32,000 nucleotides of DNA from assembly GCF_000195855.1 (NCBI RefSeq), contig NC_002677.1:660001-692000 (forward strand). The letters are read 5' to 3'. Below the pieces are notes generated by a model that saw only the letters and a program-made list of their open reading frames with translations, was not told where the DNA came from and searched no databases. Each line of letters opens with the position of its first letter. The stretch's first letter is position 1. The position numbers and the translations under genes were made by a program. Of the stretch, positions 21,707-31,633 are shown piece by piece. The DNA is from Mycobacterium leprae TN (GTDB lineage Bacteria; Actinomycetota; Actinomycetes; Mycobacteriales; Mycobacteriaceae).

Positions 21707-22782
21707 TCTCGCCTGGAAGTCCTCCAAGCATCGTTGCACTGGGTGGTGGGCACGGTCTGTACGTGACGCTGTCGGCAGCCCGTCGGCTTACCCCCTACGT
21801 CACAGCGATCGTGACGGTGGCTGATGACGGAGGCTCCTCGGGCCGGCTGCGCAGTGAATTGGGTGTGGTGCCACCGGGTGATTTGCGAATGGCCTTGGCG
21901 GCGTTGGCATCCGACAGCCCGTATGGACGACTGTGGGCAACCATCCTGCAGCACCGCTTCGGCGGCAGCGGTGCTCTGGCCGGACATCCGATCGGCAATT
22001 TGATGCTGGCTGGCCTCAGTGAGGTGCTGGCCGATCCGGTCGCTGCACTCGATGAGGTTGGACGCATCCTCGGGGTCAAAGGCAGGGTGCTGCCGATGTG
22101 TCCGATCGCGCTGCAGATAGAAGCCGACGTCTCCGGTCTGGAGGCCGACCCACGGATATTCCGGCTGATCCGTGGCCAGGTGGCGATCGCGTCCACACCG
22201 GGCAAGGTGCGGCGGGTGCGGTTGCTTCCGGTAGATCCGCCTGCGACCAGGCAGGCTGTTGACGCTATCATGGCTGCCAACTTAGTGGTGCTAGGGCCGG
22301 GGTCGTGGTTCACTAGCGTGATTCCGCATGTCCTGGTACCTGGGCTTGTCACGGCGTTGCGGGCCACCACCGCCCGACGAGCGCTGGTGCTCAACTTGGC
22401 GGCAGGGCCGGGGGAGACGGCGGGATTTTCCGTGGAGCGTCACCTGCACGTGCTTGCTCAACACGCGCCCGGGTTCACCGTCCACGACATCATCATCGAC
22501 GCCGACCGAGTGCCGAATAACCGGGAACGGGAGCAGCTACGCCGCGCCGCGACATTGCTGCAGGCCGAGGTTCACTTCGTCGACGTGGCCAGACCTGGTA
22601 CATCTTTACATGACCCGGGCAAGCTGGCTACAGCCCTGGACGGGGTGCGGGTGGGTAACCAGGACTCGTCAGCGCCTACGGTGGCGGCCACCGAACAGAT
22701 ACGGCTTGATGGTAAACGTCCACAGACCGGGGTGAATGGACCGGTTGGCAAGGGACCAAGGGGTGACGACGCGTGGCGATGA
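21703..22782 (+). CDS. yvcK: YvcK/CofD-like gluconeogenesis-factor family protein (Rv1422-like)
   Basis: [10 protein letters not shown]...[14 protein letters not shown]...PGDLRMAL...GHPIGNL are UPF0052/YvcK motifs. The ORF track begins at 21592 inside rapZ. ATG 21703 overlaps the rapZ stop (ATGA, 21703-21706) and gives 359 codons. Confidence 0.88.
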   Translation: MISPGSPPSIVALGGGHGLYVTLSAARRLTPYVTAIVTVADDGGSSGRLRSELGVVPPGDLRMALAALASDSPYGRLWATILQHRFGGSGALAGHPIGNLMLAGLSEVLADPVAALDEVGRILGVKGRVLPMCPIALQIEADVSGLEADPRIFRLIRGQVAIASTPGKVRRVRLLPVDPPATRQAVDAIMAANLVVLGPGSWFTSVIPHVLVPGLVTALRATTARRALVLNLAAGPGETAGFSVERHLHVLAQHAPGFTVHDIIIDADRVPNNREREQLRRAATLLQAEVHFVDVARPGTSLHDPGKLATALDGVRVGNQDSSAPTVAATEQIRLDGKRPQTGVNGPVGKGPRGDDAWR

Positions 22783-23756
22783 CGATCGAAGTCAAGGACG
22801 AATTGAGCCGCCTGGCGGTGAAATCGATCAGCGCTCGTCGTGCGGAAGTCACGTCTCTGCTGAGGTTTGCTGGAGGGTTGCACATCGTCGGTGGTCGTGT
22901 GGTGATCGAAGCTGAGGTTGACCTGGAAAATATCGCGCGCCGGCTGCGCAAGGACATTTTTGACCTGTACGGTTACAATGCTGTTGTACATGTCTTGTCG
23001 GCCAGCGGGATTCGCAAGAGTGTTCGGTATGTGCTGCGGGTGGCTAACGACGGTGAGGCACTGGCACGTCAGACTGGTCTTCTTGACATGCGTGGTCGCC
23101 CGGTACGCGGTTTGCCGGCACAGGTCGTGGGCGGCAGTCTTATCGATGCTGAAGCTGTGTGGCGAGGGGCGTTTTTGGCGCATGGATCACTGACTGAACC
23201 GGGACGTTCGTCGGCATTGGAGGTCAGCTGCCCTGGTCTGGAGGCCGCGCTGGCGCTGGTGGGTGCGGCGCGTAAGCTAGGAGTGAATGCTAAAGCACGC
23301 GAGGTGCGTGGCGCCGATCGTGTGGTGGTGCGCGACGGTGAGGCGATCGGCGTGCTGCTGACTCGAATGGGCGCCCAGGACACCCGGCTGGTCTGGGAGG
23401 AACGTCGGATGCGTCGCGAAGTCCGGGCGACGGCCAACCGGCTCGCCAATTTTGACGACGCCAATCTACGCCGTTCGGCGCGTGCTGCAATCGCGGCGGC
23501 CGCCAGAGCGGAGCGGGCGTTGGAGATACTCGGGGATACGGTGCCCGATCATCTGGCCTCGGCAGGTAAACTTCGCGTCGAATATCGACAAGCTTCGCTG
23601 GAGGAACTGGGTCGACTCGCCGACCCGCCGATGACGAAAGACGCTGTGGCAGGACGTATTCGGCGGTTATTGTCGATGGCTGATCGCAAAGCGAAGGTCG
23701 AAGGTATCCCCGACACCGAGTCCGCGGTCACGCCGGACTTGTTGGAGGACGCTTAA
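22773..23756 (+). CDS. whiA: Sporulation/cell-division transcription regulator WhiA
   Basis: [33 protein letters not shown]... (a degenerate LAGLIDADG scaffold) is followed by the C-terminal [29 protein letters not shown]. The start is GTG 22773, or ATG 22779 which overlaps the yvcK stop (ATGA, 22779-22782). Confidence 0.93.
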   Translation: MAMTIEVKDELSRLAVKSISARRAEVTSLLRFAGGLHIVGGRVVIEAEVDLENIARRLRKDIFDLYGYNAVVHVLSASGIRKSVRYVLRVANDGEALARQTGLLDMRGRPVRGLPAQVVGGSLIDAEAVWRGAFLAHGSLTEPGRSSALEVSCPGLEAALALVGAARKLGVNAKAREVRGADRVVVRDGEAIGVLLTRMGAQDTRLVWEERRMRREVRATANRLANFDDANLRRSARAAIAAAARAERALEILGDTVPDHLASAGKLRVEYRQASLEELGRLADPPMTKDAVAGRIRRLLSMADRKAKVEGIPDTESAVTPDLLEDA

Positions 23757-23865
23757 GCTCAACGACCATGTGTGCCGCGCAACGGTGTGAGGAAGAGTTG
23801 GGTCGGGTTGTGTGATTGTTCGGGATAGTTCTGTGCGGCTCGCGTGCTACGGTTGTGTTCGGGGC

Positions 23866-24690
23866 ATGAAGCAGCTTTCGAGTGTTGATGTGGCGTTTTG
23901 GTCTGCAGAGACAGCGTTATGGCACATGCATGTTGGTGCGTTGACGATCTGCGATCCCACTAACGCTCCCGATTACAGCTTTCAGAGACTCCGCGATCTG
24001 ATCAACGAGCGGCTGTCTGAGTTACTGCAGTTGCGGTGGCGGGTTATCGGCGTCCTAGCCCGGGCTGGACCGGCTGCGGTTTGTTGAAGACGACGACTTT
24101 GACGTCGACTTCTACGTTCTCCCGTACCGGTTCCTGGTCTTGGATGTCGACGTGAACTTGACGAGCTCGCGGACCGGCCTGATGTCCTACAAAACTAGAC
24201 CGCTCACGATCGTTGTGGGAACTCTGGGTGATCGAGGACGTCAGCGGTGGCCGCATCGCGACGCTGACCAAAATGCGTGTCATGCCATCGTTGATGGGGT
24301 CTAGGGCGTCTTCTGGGACTGCTAATCCAATGTAGATGACGGGTTGATAAAATACCAAAAAGCGATCGTCATAGCCGAAGTTGGAGGCAATACCCAAAGC
24401 CCCCGGCTTTCTGGGCTTAGCGCTCGTAAAAGAACAGAACTGGCAAAGGAGCCAGGGAGTGATCGAAAACCTGCAGCGGCGATTTCCCGTTCCGGTCTTG
24501 GGCGTGGTTGCCCAGATCTCTTTACTAGGGGCGCGGTCCGTGGTCCGGTAGGACCGGAGGAGCCTCGTGTGGCAGCATCGAGTAAGGATCCGCGCGTGGT
24601 GAGGAGTCGGGCGCAAAACTCCAGACCGGTGCCTAGATTTGTATTATCTGGGGAGACGTCGTTGTGCGCTAACGGAATACATTGAATTCG
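23866..24690 (+). pseudogene. Wax-ester synthase/diacylglycerol acyltransferase (WS/DGAT, Rv1425-like) pseudogene, 5' half only
   Basis: [31 protein letters not shown]...LRWRV runs from ATG 23866, then the frame shifts repeatedly ([17 protein letters not shown]; [30 protein letters not shown]). The catalytic HHxxxDG block reads (C)HAIVDGV followed by an in-frame TAG near 24280-24305. Similarity fades by about 24690, roughly half the family length. Confidence 0.7.
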
Positions 24691-24722
24691 CCAATTGGTT
24701 GGACACGTAGAATGAGGCTGCC

Positions 24723-26100
24723 GTGGGATTCATTACACCGGAGCTTCCGGACGTCGATCGTGACACCTGGCAGACCGCGCCGCGGGCAAGGCGGCTGCAA
24801 GTTGTGACCTAACACTGGGTTCAACACGGCTTCGGAACTCCCTTGCGGTGTATCTGCTGTTCCTGCTCAAGAATCGCGGTGTATACTGTCGCCCCTGCCG
24901 TGATCATTTCTCATTCCCTGGGCTATCCCTTGGCCTGGGCGGCCTGGGTCACATCGGCGACTGGTGGATACAGACAATCCTGTACCAGGAAGTCATCGTT
25001 TTCACGTTGCTGTTCGAGGTTTTAGGCCCCGGTTGCGTATTCGGCTCGCTGACCGGTAGGTTCATTCCACCGATCGGTGGTTGCTTTTATTAGTTGCTGC
25101 CCAAAATAATTCGACTTCCGACTTGGCCAGTCAAGGTTCTACTCACCAGTGGTGATATTCGTGGCAGTGCCGGTGTCGTACTCTACGGTCATCGTGTTGC
25201 TCGGCGGAACGTAGACACTGTTGTCACCCGGCTAATCGATCAAGGCGGGCTCGGTCTCACCGCTGCGGGCAACGTCGGCTTGATCAACCCCGTTCTGGTG
25301 GTGCCGACCATTGGCGTGTTGGTGCTGTTAGGTCTGCGTGCCAGAGCCATTTTTTTCTGGTTGCTCGTGGAGAGCGTTATTGGCTGAAATTTTTCGTGTT
25401 CTTTTCCCGTTCATCGATCAAATTGTAGCTTTCAGGCGCATCATGCTTGCGCAGAGATGGGGAAAGGTGAATCACCACTTCCCGTACGTCGTTGCAGTGA
25501 TGAACAGCAATAATGCGTTACTGCGAAGCAAGCTGTTTAACCCGATCAAGCACATGTTCTAGATCGACCCGATCAACGACCTGCGCCCCTCCTAGTTACC
25601 GAAGTTGATGGCCAATGTCTGTGGCACCACCGCGGAATTTCTTGCTCCGGGATTCTGGTCCTGGACACTGGTGGTGAACTGTGGTGGTTTCTTATCGGTT
25701 TCATGGTGATTTTCCGATTCAAACATCCTGTCCAACTTCCCGATGGTAGTTCCGTTGGAGCGGGACGTGTTCTTTATTTTACCTCTTCGGACACTATGAC
25801 TCGACCCGTGCCGCCGACCTTCGGCGACCGCTGCGTGTTGGCTCTGGTGATCGCCGCGGTGGCCGTAATGATCGGGGAACCCGTTACCGGAAAAAAATTT
25901 GGTTCCTGTCCGCAATGCACTACCCCTGTCGGAAACAGGGCCACCAGCTTGTCGTGTTTCCGCTTTGACGCTGAAGAAATAGTGGAGAGACCAAAGTAAA
26001 AATAGTGGAGAGATCAATATTGTCAACAGCTCCGCGCTCGTTGCCAATCAGCTGGCCAAGCTGTACAGGAGTGGCTGACCAGACCAAATGATGTCAGACT
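24723..26100 (+). pseudogene. Conserved integral-membrane protein pseudogene (DUF3556 / Rv1431-like, assigned from memory)
   Basis: GTG 24723 opens VGFITPELPDVDRDTWQTAPRARRLQVVT, then an in-frame TAA at 24810-24812, then HWVQHGFGTP. Later fragments in shifting frames (IRLPTWPVKVLLTSGD; FPFIDQIVAF; GTTAEFLAPG; FPMVVPLERDVLYF) follow the order I remember for this family. The 3' limit is uncertain. Confidence 0.5.
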
Positions 26101-26812
26101 AGATGACAGGGTTCCGCGCGATGAACACGTATAGCCGGGTGCTCAGCGGGCTGTCGCCCCGATAATAGGCAATTAAGCCGGCTACCGTGTTCGTCGAGGG
26201 CGAAATAGTTGCCGGGTCGCTTGGTCAGTCTGGAACTTAAGTGAAGGTCACCTGCACAGCGAGCAGTTACGGGCCGCGCTGTAGCGGCGGTGCAACTTCG
26301 ACGAGGGTGACGTCCGTGTCATTATCCGCGAAGGGCAACCGATCCATATCTAGATCCATATCTAAAAGCAGAGGTAACGCATTCTCGACGCCAACACCGC
26401 CGCGGTGATTAGAGGCGGGTTACGTCGAGGTCGCGTACATGCTGACCCGCCAGCCGCGGCTCGAGCCGGGTGATGAATTCCCCATCCACGCTAACAACGT
26501 AACTTAGCTCTTACGGCAGGTGATGACGATGGGCGGTTGGTCAGGTCCTGGGCCCACGGTTGGGCACGTCCAACGACGCCATCAGTCATTGTGTGGAAAA
26601 GACACGGTTACGGCATGGTTTGTATTTCACATCGGTTCTGCAATTGTTCTACATCGATTAGACAACCAATTCGTAGTCTACCTAGGCAAGATGTCGGCAC
26701 AAACGCTAAGGTGCTGTTTAGCCGCGATTAGCGGAGGTATATTGGGTATGAAAAAAGGACACAAAGGATACAGGGAGTTAGCGACAAATAAGGGAAAATA
26801 AGGGAGTTAGCG

Positions 26813-27406
26813 TTGAAGGTTTTTGATCGATTCAACACCGCAATACTTGTCAGCGCCGGGTTGTGCGGGGCCGCTTTGGCGTTCAGTCCCAGCGCAGCGG
26901 CTGCACCGCTGTCAATGCCAACGGGCGGTCCCACATGCATTGAGCAGATGGCCGGTCTGGGTGCTGTGCCTGCAGCCGTTCCGGCGGTTCTGCCTGGTCC
27001 GGTCGCAGGGGCCGTGCCGTCTGTACCGGTGGTGCCGTCTGGTGGGTTTCCCCCGGTGGTGCCGCCTGGTGGGTTTCCCCCGGTGGTGCCGCCTGGTGGG
27101 TTTCTCCCGGTGGTGCCGCCTGGTGGGTTTCCCCCGGTGGTGCCGCCTGGTGGGTTTCCCCCGGTGGTGCCGCCTGGGGTTGCTCCGGCAGTAGGACCTC
27201 TACTGGCTGAGGATTCGGCGGCTTTGGGGAGTGGGATTTTGGCGGGTAAGGGCGTGCCGACTGCTTCGCCGCAGGCGGCTTTGTCTGGTTTAGTGGTTCT
27301 GCCCGGTCCGCCTGCCAGCGTCGAGGCGCCTCCTGCCGCCGCACCCGTGGTGGCGGCTGCCACGCCTCTTTTGTGCTGTGGGGAGGCGGCACCACCGGTC
27401 AGGTAG
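26813..27406 (+). CDS. Secreted proline/glycine/valine-rich repetitive protein
   Basis: The TTG start at 26813 lies 6 nt after AGGGAG. The N-terminus MKVFDRFNTAILVSAGLCGAALAFSPSAAAAP looks like a Sec signal peptide with an AxA site. The body is low-complexity, with five VVP(P/S)GGF(P/L)P repeats. The longer antisense ORF (26728..27720) lacks any such features. Confidence 0.8.
   Translation: MKVFDRFNTAILVSAGLCGAALAFSPSAAAAPLSMPTGGPTCIEQMAGLGAVPAAVPAVLPGPVAGAVPSVPVVPSGGFPPVVPPGGFPPVVPPGGFLPVVPPGGFPPVVPPGGFPPVVPPGVAPAVGPLLAEDSAALGSGILAGKGVPTASPQAALSGLVVLPGPPASVEAPPAAAPVVAAATPLLCCGEAAPPVR
27028..27178. repeat. 27-bp in-frame minisatellite, 5 full copies plus a partial sixth
   Basis: Units of ggtggtgccgcctggtgggtttccccc start at 27028, 27055, 27082, 27109, 27136 and 27163 (partial). 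Unit 1 has c>t (Pro>Ser) and unit 3 has c>t (Pro>Leu). The other full units are identical. Confidence 0.95.
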
Positions 27407-28189
27407 TTCTGATTCGTAGGTGTCAGTGGTTCGGTTGGGTTAGCCGTTCGCAGATGTGTTGCAGCGGCCCGAATGGGCCTGGCCTTGCCTAATTCCCGGC
27501 CTCTCGGTGGGGGTGGCTTACCTGCCGGTTGGATACGATTTCGTTGCGTGATTGAAATGCTAAAATTAACGTATCTCTTTGACAGTCCGTGTCTGCTAGT
27601 ACTAGGAGACACAGATGTGTCAGCCATAGCGGCTAAATAAGAGGGGTCTGTAGCTTGTCGGTACTTATGGGGATCCTGTTGGTAAGATTTGCTGCCGGTA
27701 GCAAGGCATAGACGGGCCATGGTAATTAAATTATGTTAGGGTTGCGCGATAGACCGGACGCCACCGACGTCGATGTTGGTCGGGAAGGTCCTCAATCTGC
27801 GGCAGAGTGACTCCCCAGGGTTGCGCACCCCAGCCCGGTGATGTGTCCCTGGGGTTGTATGGGTTTCGGGGGGCTCCGGTCGGACGGGGTGAGACCCGTG
27901 ACCGGGAAGAGCGGCGCTGATGTATGAGATATATGAACCGTGTATGCAGTTGGTTGGCCTATGCTGGGCGGTCGAATGACCATAGTCCATCATGGCCATA
28001 GCGTGATTTGTTAGCGATGTCCTGTCCGTGTTGGCGCTCATCGAAAGCAACCCAGTTTTGCTCAATGAAAATTGACCGCTTTGGCCCTTGTTCGGGGTAG
28101 TGCTATGTGATCGCTTCCTGGGGTTTGGATCCGTGTGGTGTCGTCAGTGTTGACCGTGATGGCGGTGCCCACAACTGAGACAGTTGGCA

Positions 28190-30100
28190 ATGGTCATGGT
28201 TTGGCCTCGGGGTGCAACGCGCTGTTAAGCGCATCCCTGCTTTGCTGGTGAGCACGCATCCGATATGGTGGACATCGATGTAGACCACTATCTCGTTGTG
28301 CAACAATCGATCTAAAACCGCAGCGACGAATAGCGGGTTGCAGAGGTGCTCAGCACTACACGGCTATGCCGGTATGCAAGGTGAAAATTGTCGATGATTT
28401 CAGGTAGTGATGAGCAATCACTTCGAAGAGCGCGGTGTTGGCTTCGGAATCGGGATTGTGGAGGGGCCCGCATTCGTCGATGATCAGTAACCGTGGACCG
28501 GACAAGAACCGCATGCGAGTGGTCCACTGGCCTTCGAGTGCAACCTTTGTGGCAACGCTTGGTCACACCATCGACAGGCGGTGGTGAAGTAGACGCGATG
28601 ATCGGTCTGGACTGCCGCACGGGCCAACTCGGTGGCCAGCATAGTCTTGCCGGTACCCGGTGGCACGACAAAAATCACATTGCCGATGTTGTCGAGGAGC
28701 CGTAACGAAGCCAGCTCGCGGATGAGTTCTCAAGCAACGCCGGGCTGGGCGATGAAATCGAACTCATCGAAACGGAAGTCGGTTGGCAGATAAACCAACT
28801 ACTAATAGCTGTTCGAGCATGGCCACTGTAGACAGATCCTGATACAGTCCGTCATCCAACATCCCTGTCTGCACCTCGGTCGCCGCGGAAGCCGAAGTAC
28901 GTGCAGATAATCGCGTAGGGGGAGGCCTGGCTATTGTGGTGGTGCTCATAGGTTCTGTCCCTGTATTATTGGTCGGGGTGATTGCGGTGTAGCGCGACAT
29001 CGGTCACTACCTGCTCAGCTGGGCAGCGTCTGGTTGTTCTGTCGGATCCGGTCGGCCGTGGCCAGCTCCTGCGCGGTGGTTCGGTGTCGGTGTTTGCGTC
29101 GACATCTAGGCCTGTCGGACAATTGGTCAGCATAACCTTCTTCGGGGCTACTACATGATAAGCGGCGCACACCACCGTGCCGGCGCTATCAGGTGTGCGG
29201 TGGTGCCGGGCCAGCATCACCCCGGTGTAGGTGACCACGTCCAACTTCAACTCACCGCACAGTTGACAAACCAGCAGACGTCGGCCTGCGTTACTCGGGT
29301 GGCATCGAATAGCTTTTGGCGCGGAACGAAATCCGTGCCTGGTTGTGCATCGTGCGCCACCAGTATTGAGCGATCATCGCGACCACCGCGCCCTTGCACC
29401 AGGCGTGATAGGCGTGGGCACACGTCAATACCGACCGTATAGTTACGGGTGATTGGCTCAAACAACATCTAAAGTCGGCTACTGTGCGGCTAGGCCACCG
29501 TGAGCATCCAGTCAAAGTGCCACCATGTCCAAGCTCTCCGCCAGATGCGGCTGATTGGTCAACTCAGTTAGCCGCGTCCCTAATGCGACAAACGTCCCAA
29601 TCAGCACACTGGCCGTTTTACCTCAGCCCTCACAAGGCCGCAGGATCGGAAAATGCCACCCAATCCCATTGGTTTTCAGCACCCAATGGATGCTCGATCA
29701 CCGCCCGATCGGGCCTTCGGATCTGCTTGTATAACGGCGCAGCGGGCACAACGCTCGTTTGCGAAGCACTCGAGTAAACACCGAATACAGTCTAGTGCAA
29801 CCCAGTGTGGTGACCTCGTTGAATAACGTGGTAGTCGCACAGATGCGGATCGGCTGCCAATCGCAGCTGACGTTACTCGACATACTGAGCCAACGGGCCC
29901 AGCGTCCAGCGGGCTTGCCAGTGGAAATCTGTTCACTAGCCAGATATCCGCGCACCGTGACCTGGGTTACTCCTAAATGGTAAATGGTGGGCGATCGGGT
30001 TGACTGTCCAGCCCTGTTTATTTAGTTCCTGTACTTACACAACGAACTCTCATGCGAACATCCGAGACATGTTCCCTTCTAATTACTTTCGTAATCCAAC
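28190..30100 (-). mobile_element. Degraded IS21-family element (istA-like and istB-like pseudogenes)
   Basis: The istB-like part (about 28190-28949) reads FDEFDFIAQPGVA, an in-frame TGA at 28730-28732, then ELIRELASLRLLDNIGNVIFVVPPGTGKT (Walker A). It continues LLIIDECGPLHNPDSEANTALFEVIAHHY (Walker B) ... stop ... LLHNEIVVYI. The istA-like fragments upstream on the same strand are ORFs 28966..29250, 29247..29468 and 29698..29955, plus an HTH-like ELNKQGWTVNPIAHHL near 30050. No terminal inverted repeats were identified and the boundaries are approximate. Confidence 0.7.
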
Positions 30101-30469
30101 GCTCACAGCCAAGACTGGGTCTACCTACAACCAGCGGATTGCAAACGGCGAGTCGCCTCTAGGGGATAGTCACTTTCGATGAGTAGGATTGTCGCTTTAT
30201 AAATTGAGCGGCGGGAGGCCTTGAGTACAGCCGCTGCTATACCATGCACCGAGTACGGCCTACACATTGCCCATTTCCTGACCTGCGTGCATGACCGATT
30301 CCTAATCTATCGTCCTGATACACCTCACTGACTACACCGGTACGCCACCACTGCAAGTAGCTTCGTGCCCCTACAACATTACTTTCGGAAATTTCAGCCA
30401 CACAATACGGCTGTTGAATTGTTTCTTGGTTTCGCTGGAGGCTTTTTGTACAGGGAGAGGGTAAGTATG

Positions 30470-31633
30470 GATGGCATCACAGTGGAAGTACTCGCGGGAG
30501 TTGTGGGAGCGGCAACGAGGATAGCGGGAGAAGTCAGGTGGGCTCCGGTGGTAGCCAGAGGCGCGATTAGGCCGAGCGTGAGCGTGAAGTGCAAGAATTG
30601 AAGCTTGTCAACGAGATTCTGCGAATAGCGAACGCGTTTTTCACCGCGGCGGAAGTCGATCGCCGACTGCGGTGATCCTTTCGCGCGCAATTCTTTGCAG
30701 AGTACATCAATGTCCACCGCGAAGAATGCGGGTCGATCCAATCTGTCATGTACATGTTTGAGCAGGCTGACGTGCAGGTCCCCCCGTCTACCTACTACAC
30801 CGTCAAGCAGCAGGGTTTTGTGCGGGCAGCCGATCTTACCGACACGTACGACGGCAAGATCCTGTTTGATCTGTGGATGGCTAACCTACCGATCTTACTG
30901 TGTGCACAGGCTTTAGCCCGCCACTACACACGCAGGTCACAGTTGAGGTCCAGACAGGGCGACACGGCTGATGTGTATCGCCGGTATTGACGATGTAGGC
31001 TGCAATAAGTGCAGCATTCGTACGACTGAGTACGACAAGTCTTCGCCGCCGCAGCATCCCGACCGGCTCGATCGTTCCTGCTCAATGCTGTCATTACCCG
31101 GATCAGTGGCAGGTAAGGGATTGCACATATGTGTGGACGCTGCAAAGGGTGTGCCATACCACGTTTTGTGTGGACGTGTTCTCCCACCCCATCCTGGGCT
31201 GGCAGGTGATGACCAGCAAGACCGCGGGTGCTTGGTCACATCGGTGCTTGAGCAGACGCTACTCACCCCCTATTGCACATAGCTCCATTCTCTATAACCG
31301 ATTTGATTCATCACTTGGACGCGGGATCAATATACGTCGATCGCGTTCACCGAGGCGCTGCACGAGGCCGGTATCGCCGGATCCATCAGCAGTGTCGGCG
31401 ACGCTTTGGACAACGTGTTTATGGATTCTGCTATAGGGACGGTACAAATCTGAATTAATCGACCAACATGCGACCTTCACCGGTCGCGTCGAACTGGAAC
31501 GGGAAACCACCTCCTGGGTGCACTAGTACAACACGATCGAGACTCCACCTCATCAATATCAATCCAATACCGACCACCAGTCGCATACGAACAGCGCTAC
31601 CAGCAGACAGCCACCCCGACCGAAGTGACATGA
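30470..31633 (+). mobile_element. Degraded IS3-family element (orfA/orfB transposase pseudogene)
   Basis: The orfA leucine-zipper end reads AEREREVQELKLVNEILRIANAFFTAAEVDRRLR, ending at a stop near 30672. The orfB pieces lie in several frames: PPSTYYTVKQ...; YVWTLQRVCHTTFCVDVFSHPILGWQVMTS; LIHHLDAGSIY; FTEALHEAGIAGSISSVGDALDNVFMDSAIG; and a tail YRPPVAYEQRYQQ ending at TGA 31631-31633. There are multiple stops and frameshifts. No inverted repeats were identified. Confidence 0.72.

Noticed and set aside
21795-23183. 199- and 203-codon minus-strand ORFs (21795..22394, 22572..23183)
   Set aside because: They are antisense to the strongly supported yvcK-like and whiA genes, and no motifs are present.
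24044-24616. 190-codon minus-strand ORF
   Set aside because: It is antisense to the WS/DGAT pseudogene, whose plus-strand homology explains the region. There is no independent support for it.
25592-26047. 151-codon minus-strand ORF
   Set aside because: It lies opposite plus-strand fragments (GTTAEFLAPG, FPMVVPLERDVLYF) that continue the membrane-protein relic. No features of its own were found.
26341-26364. Tandem 12-mer gatccatatcta x2
   Set aside because: It is a very short two-copy slippage inside decayed DNA, with nothing else to suggest function.
26728-27720. 330-codon ORF on the minus strand, the longest ORF in this region
   Set aside because: It runs antisense through the GC-rich 27-bp repeat, which keeps frames open on both strands. 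It has no SD, no signal or domain features, and a start in AT-rich unassigned DNA. The plus-strand ORF has an SD, a signal peptide and a sensible repeat translation.
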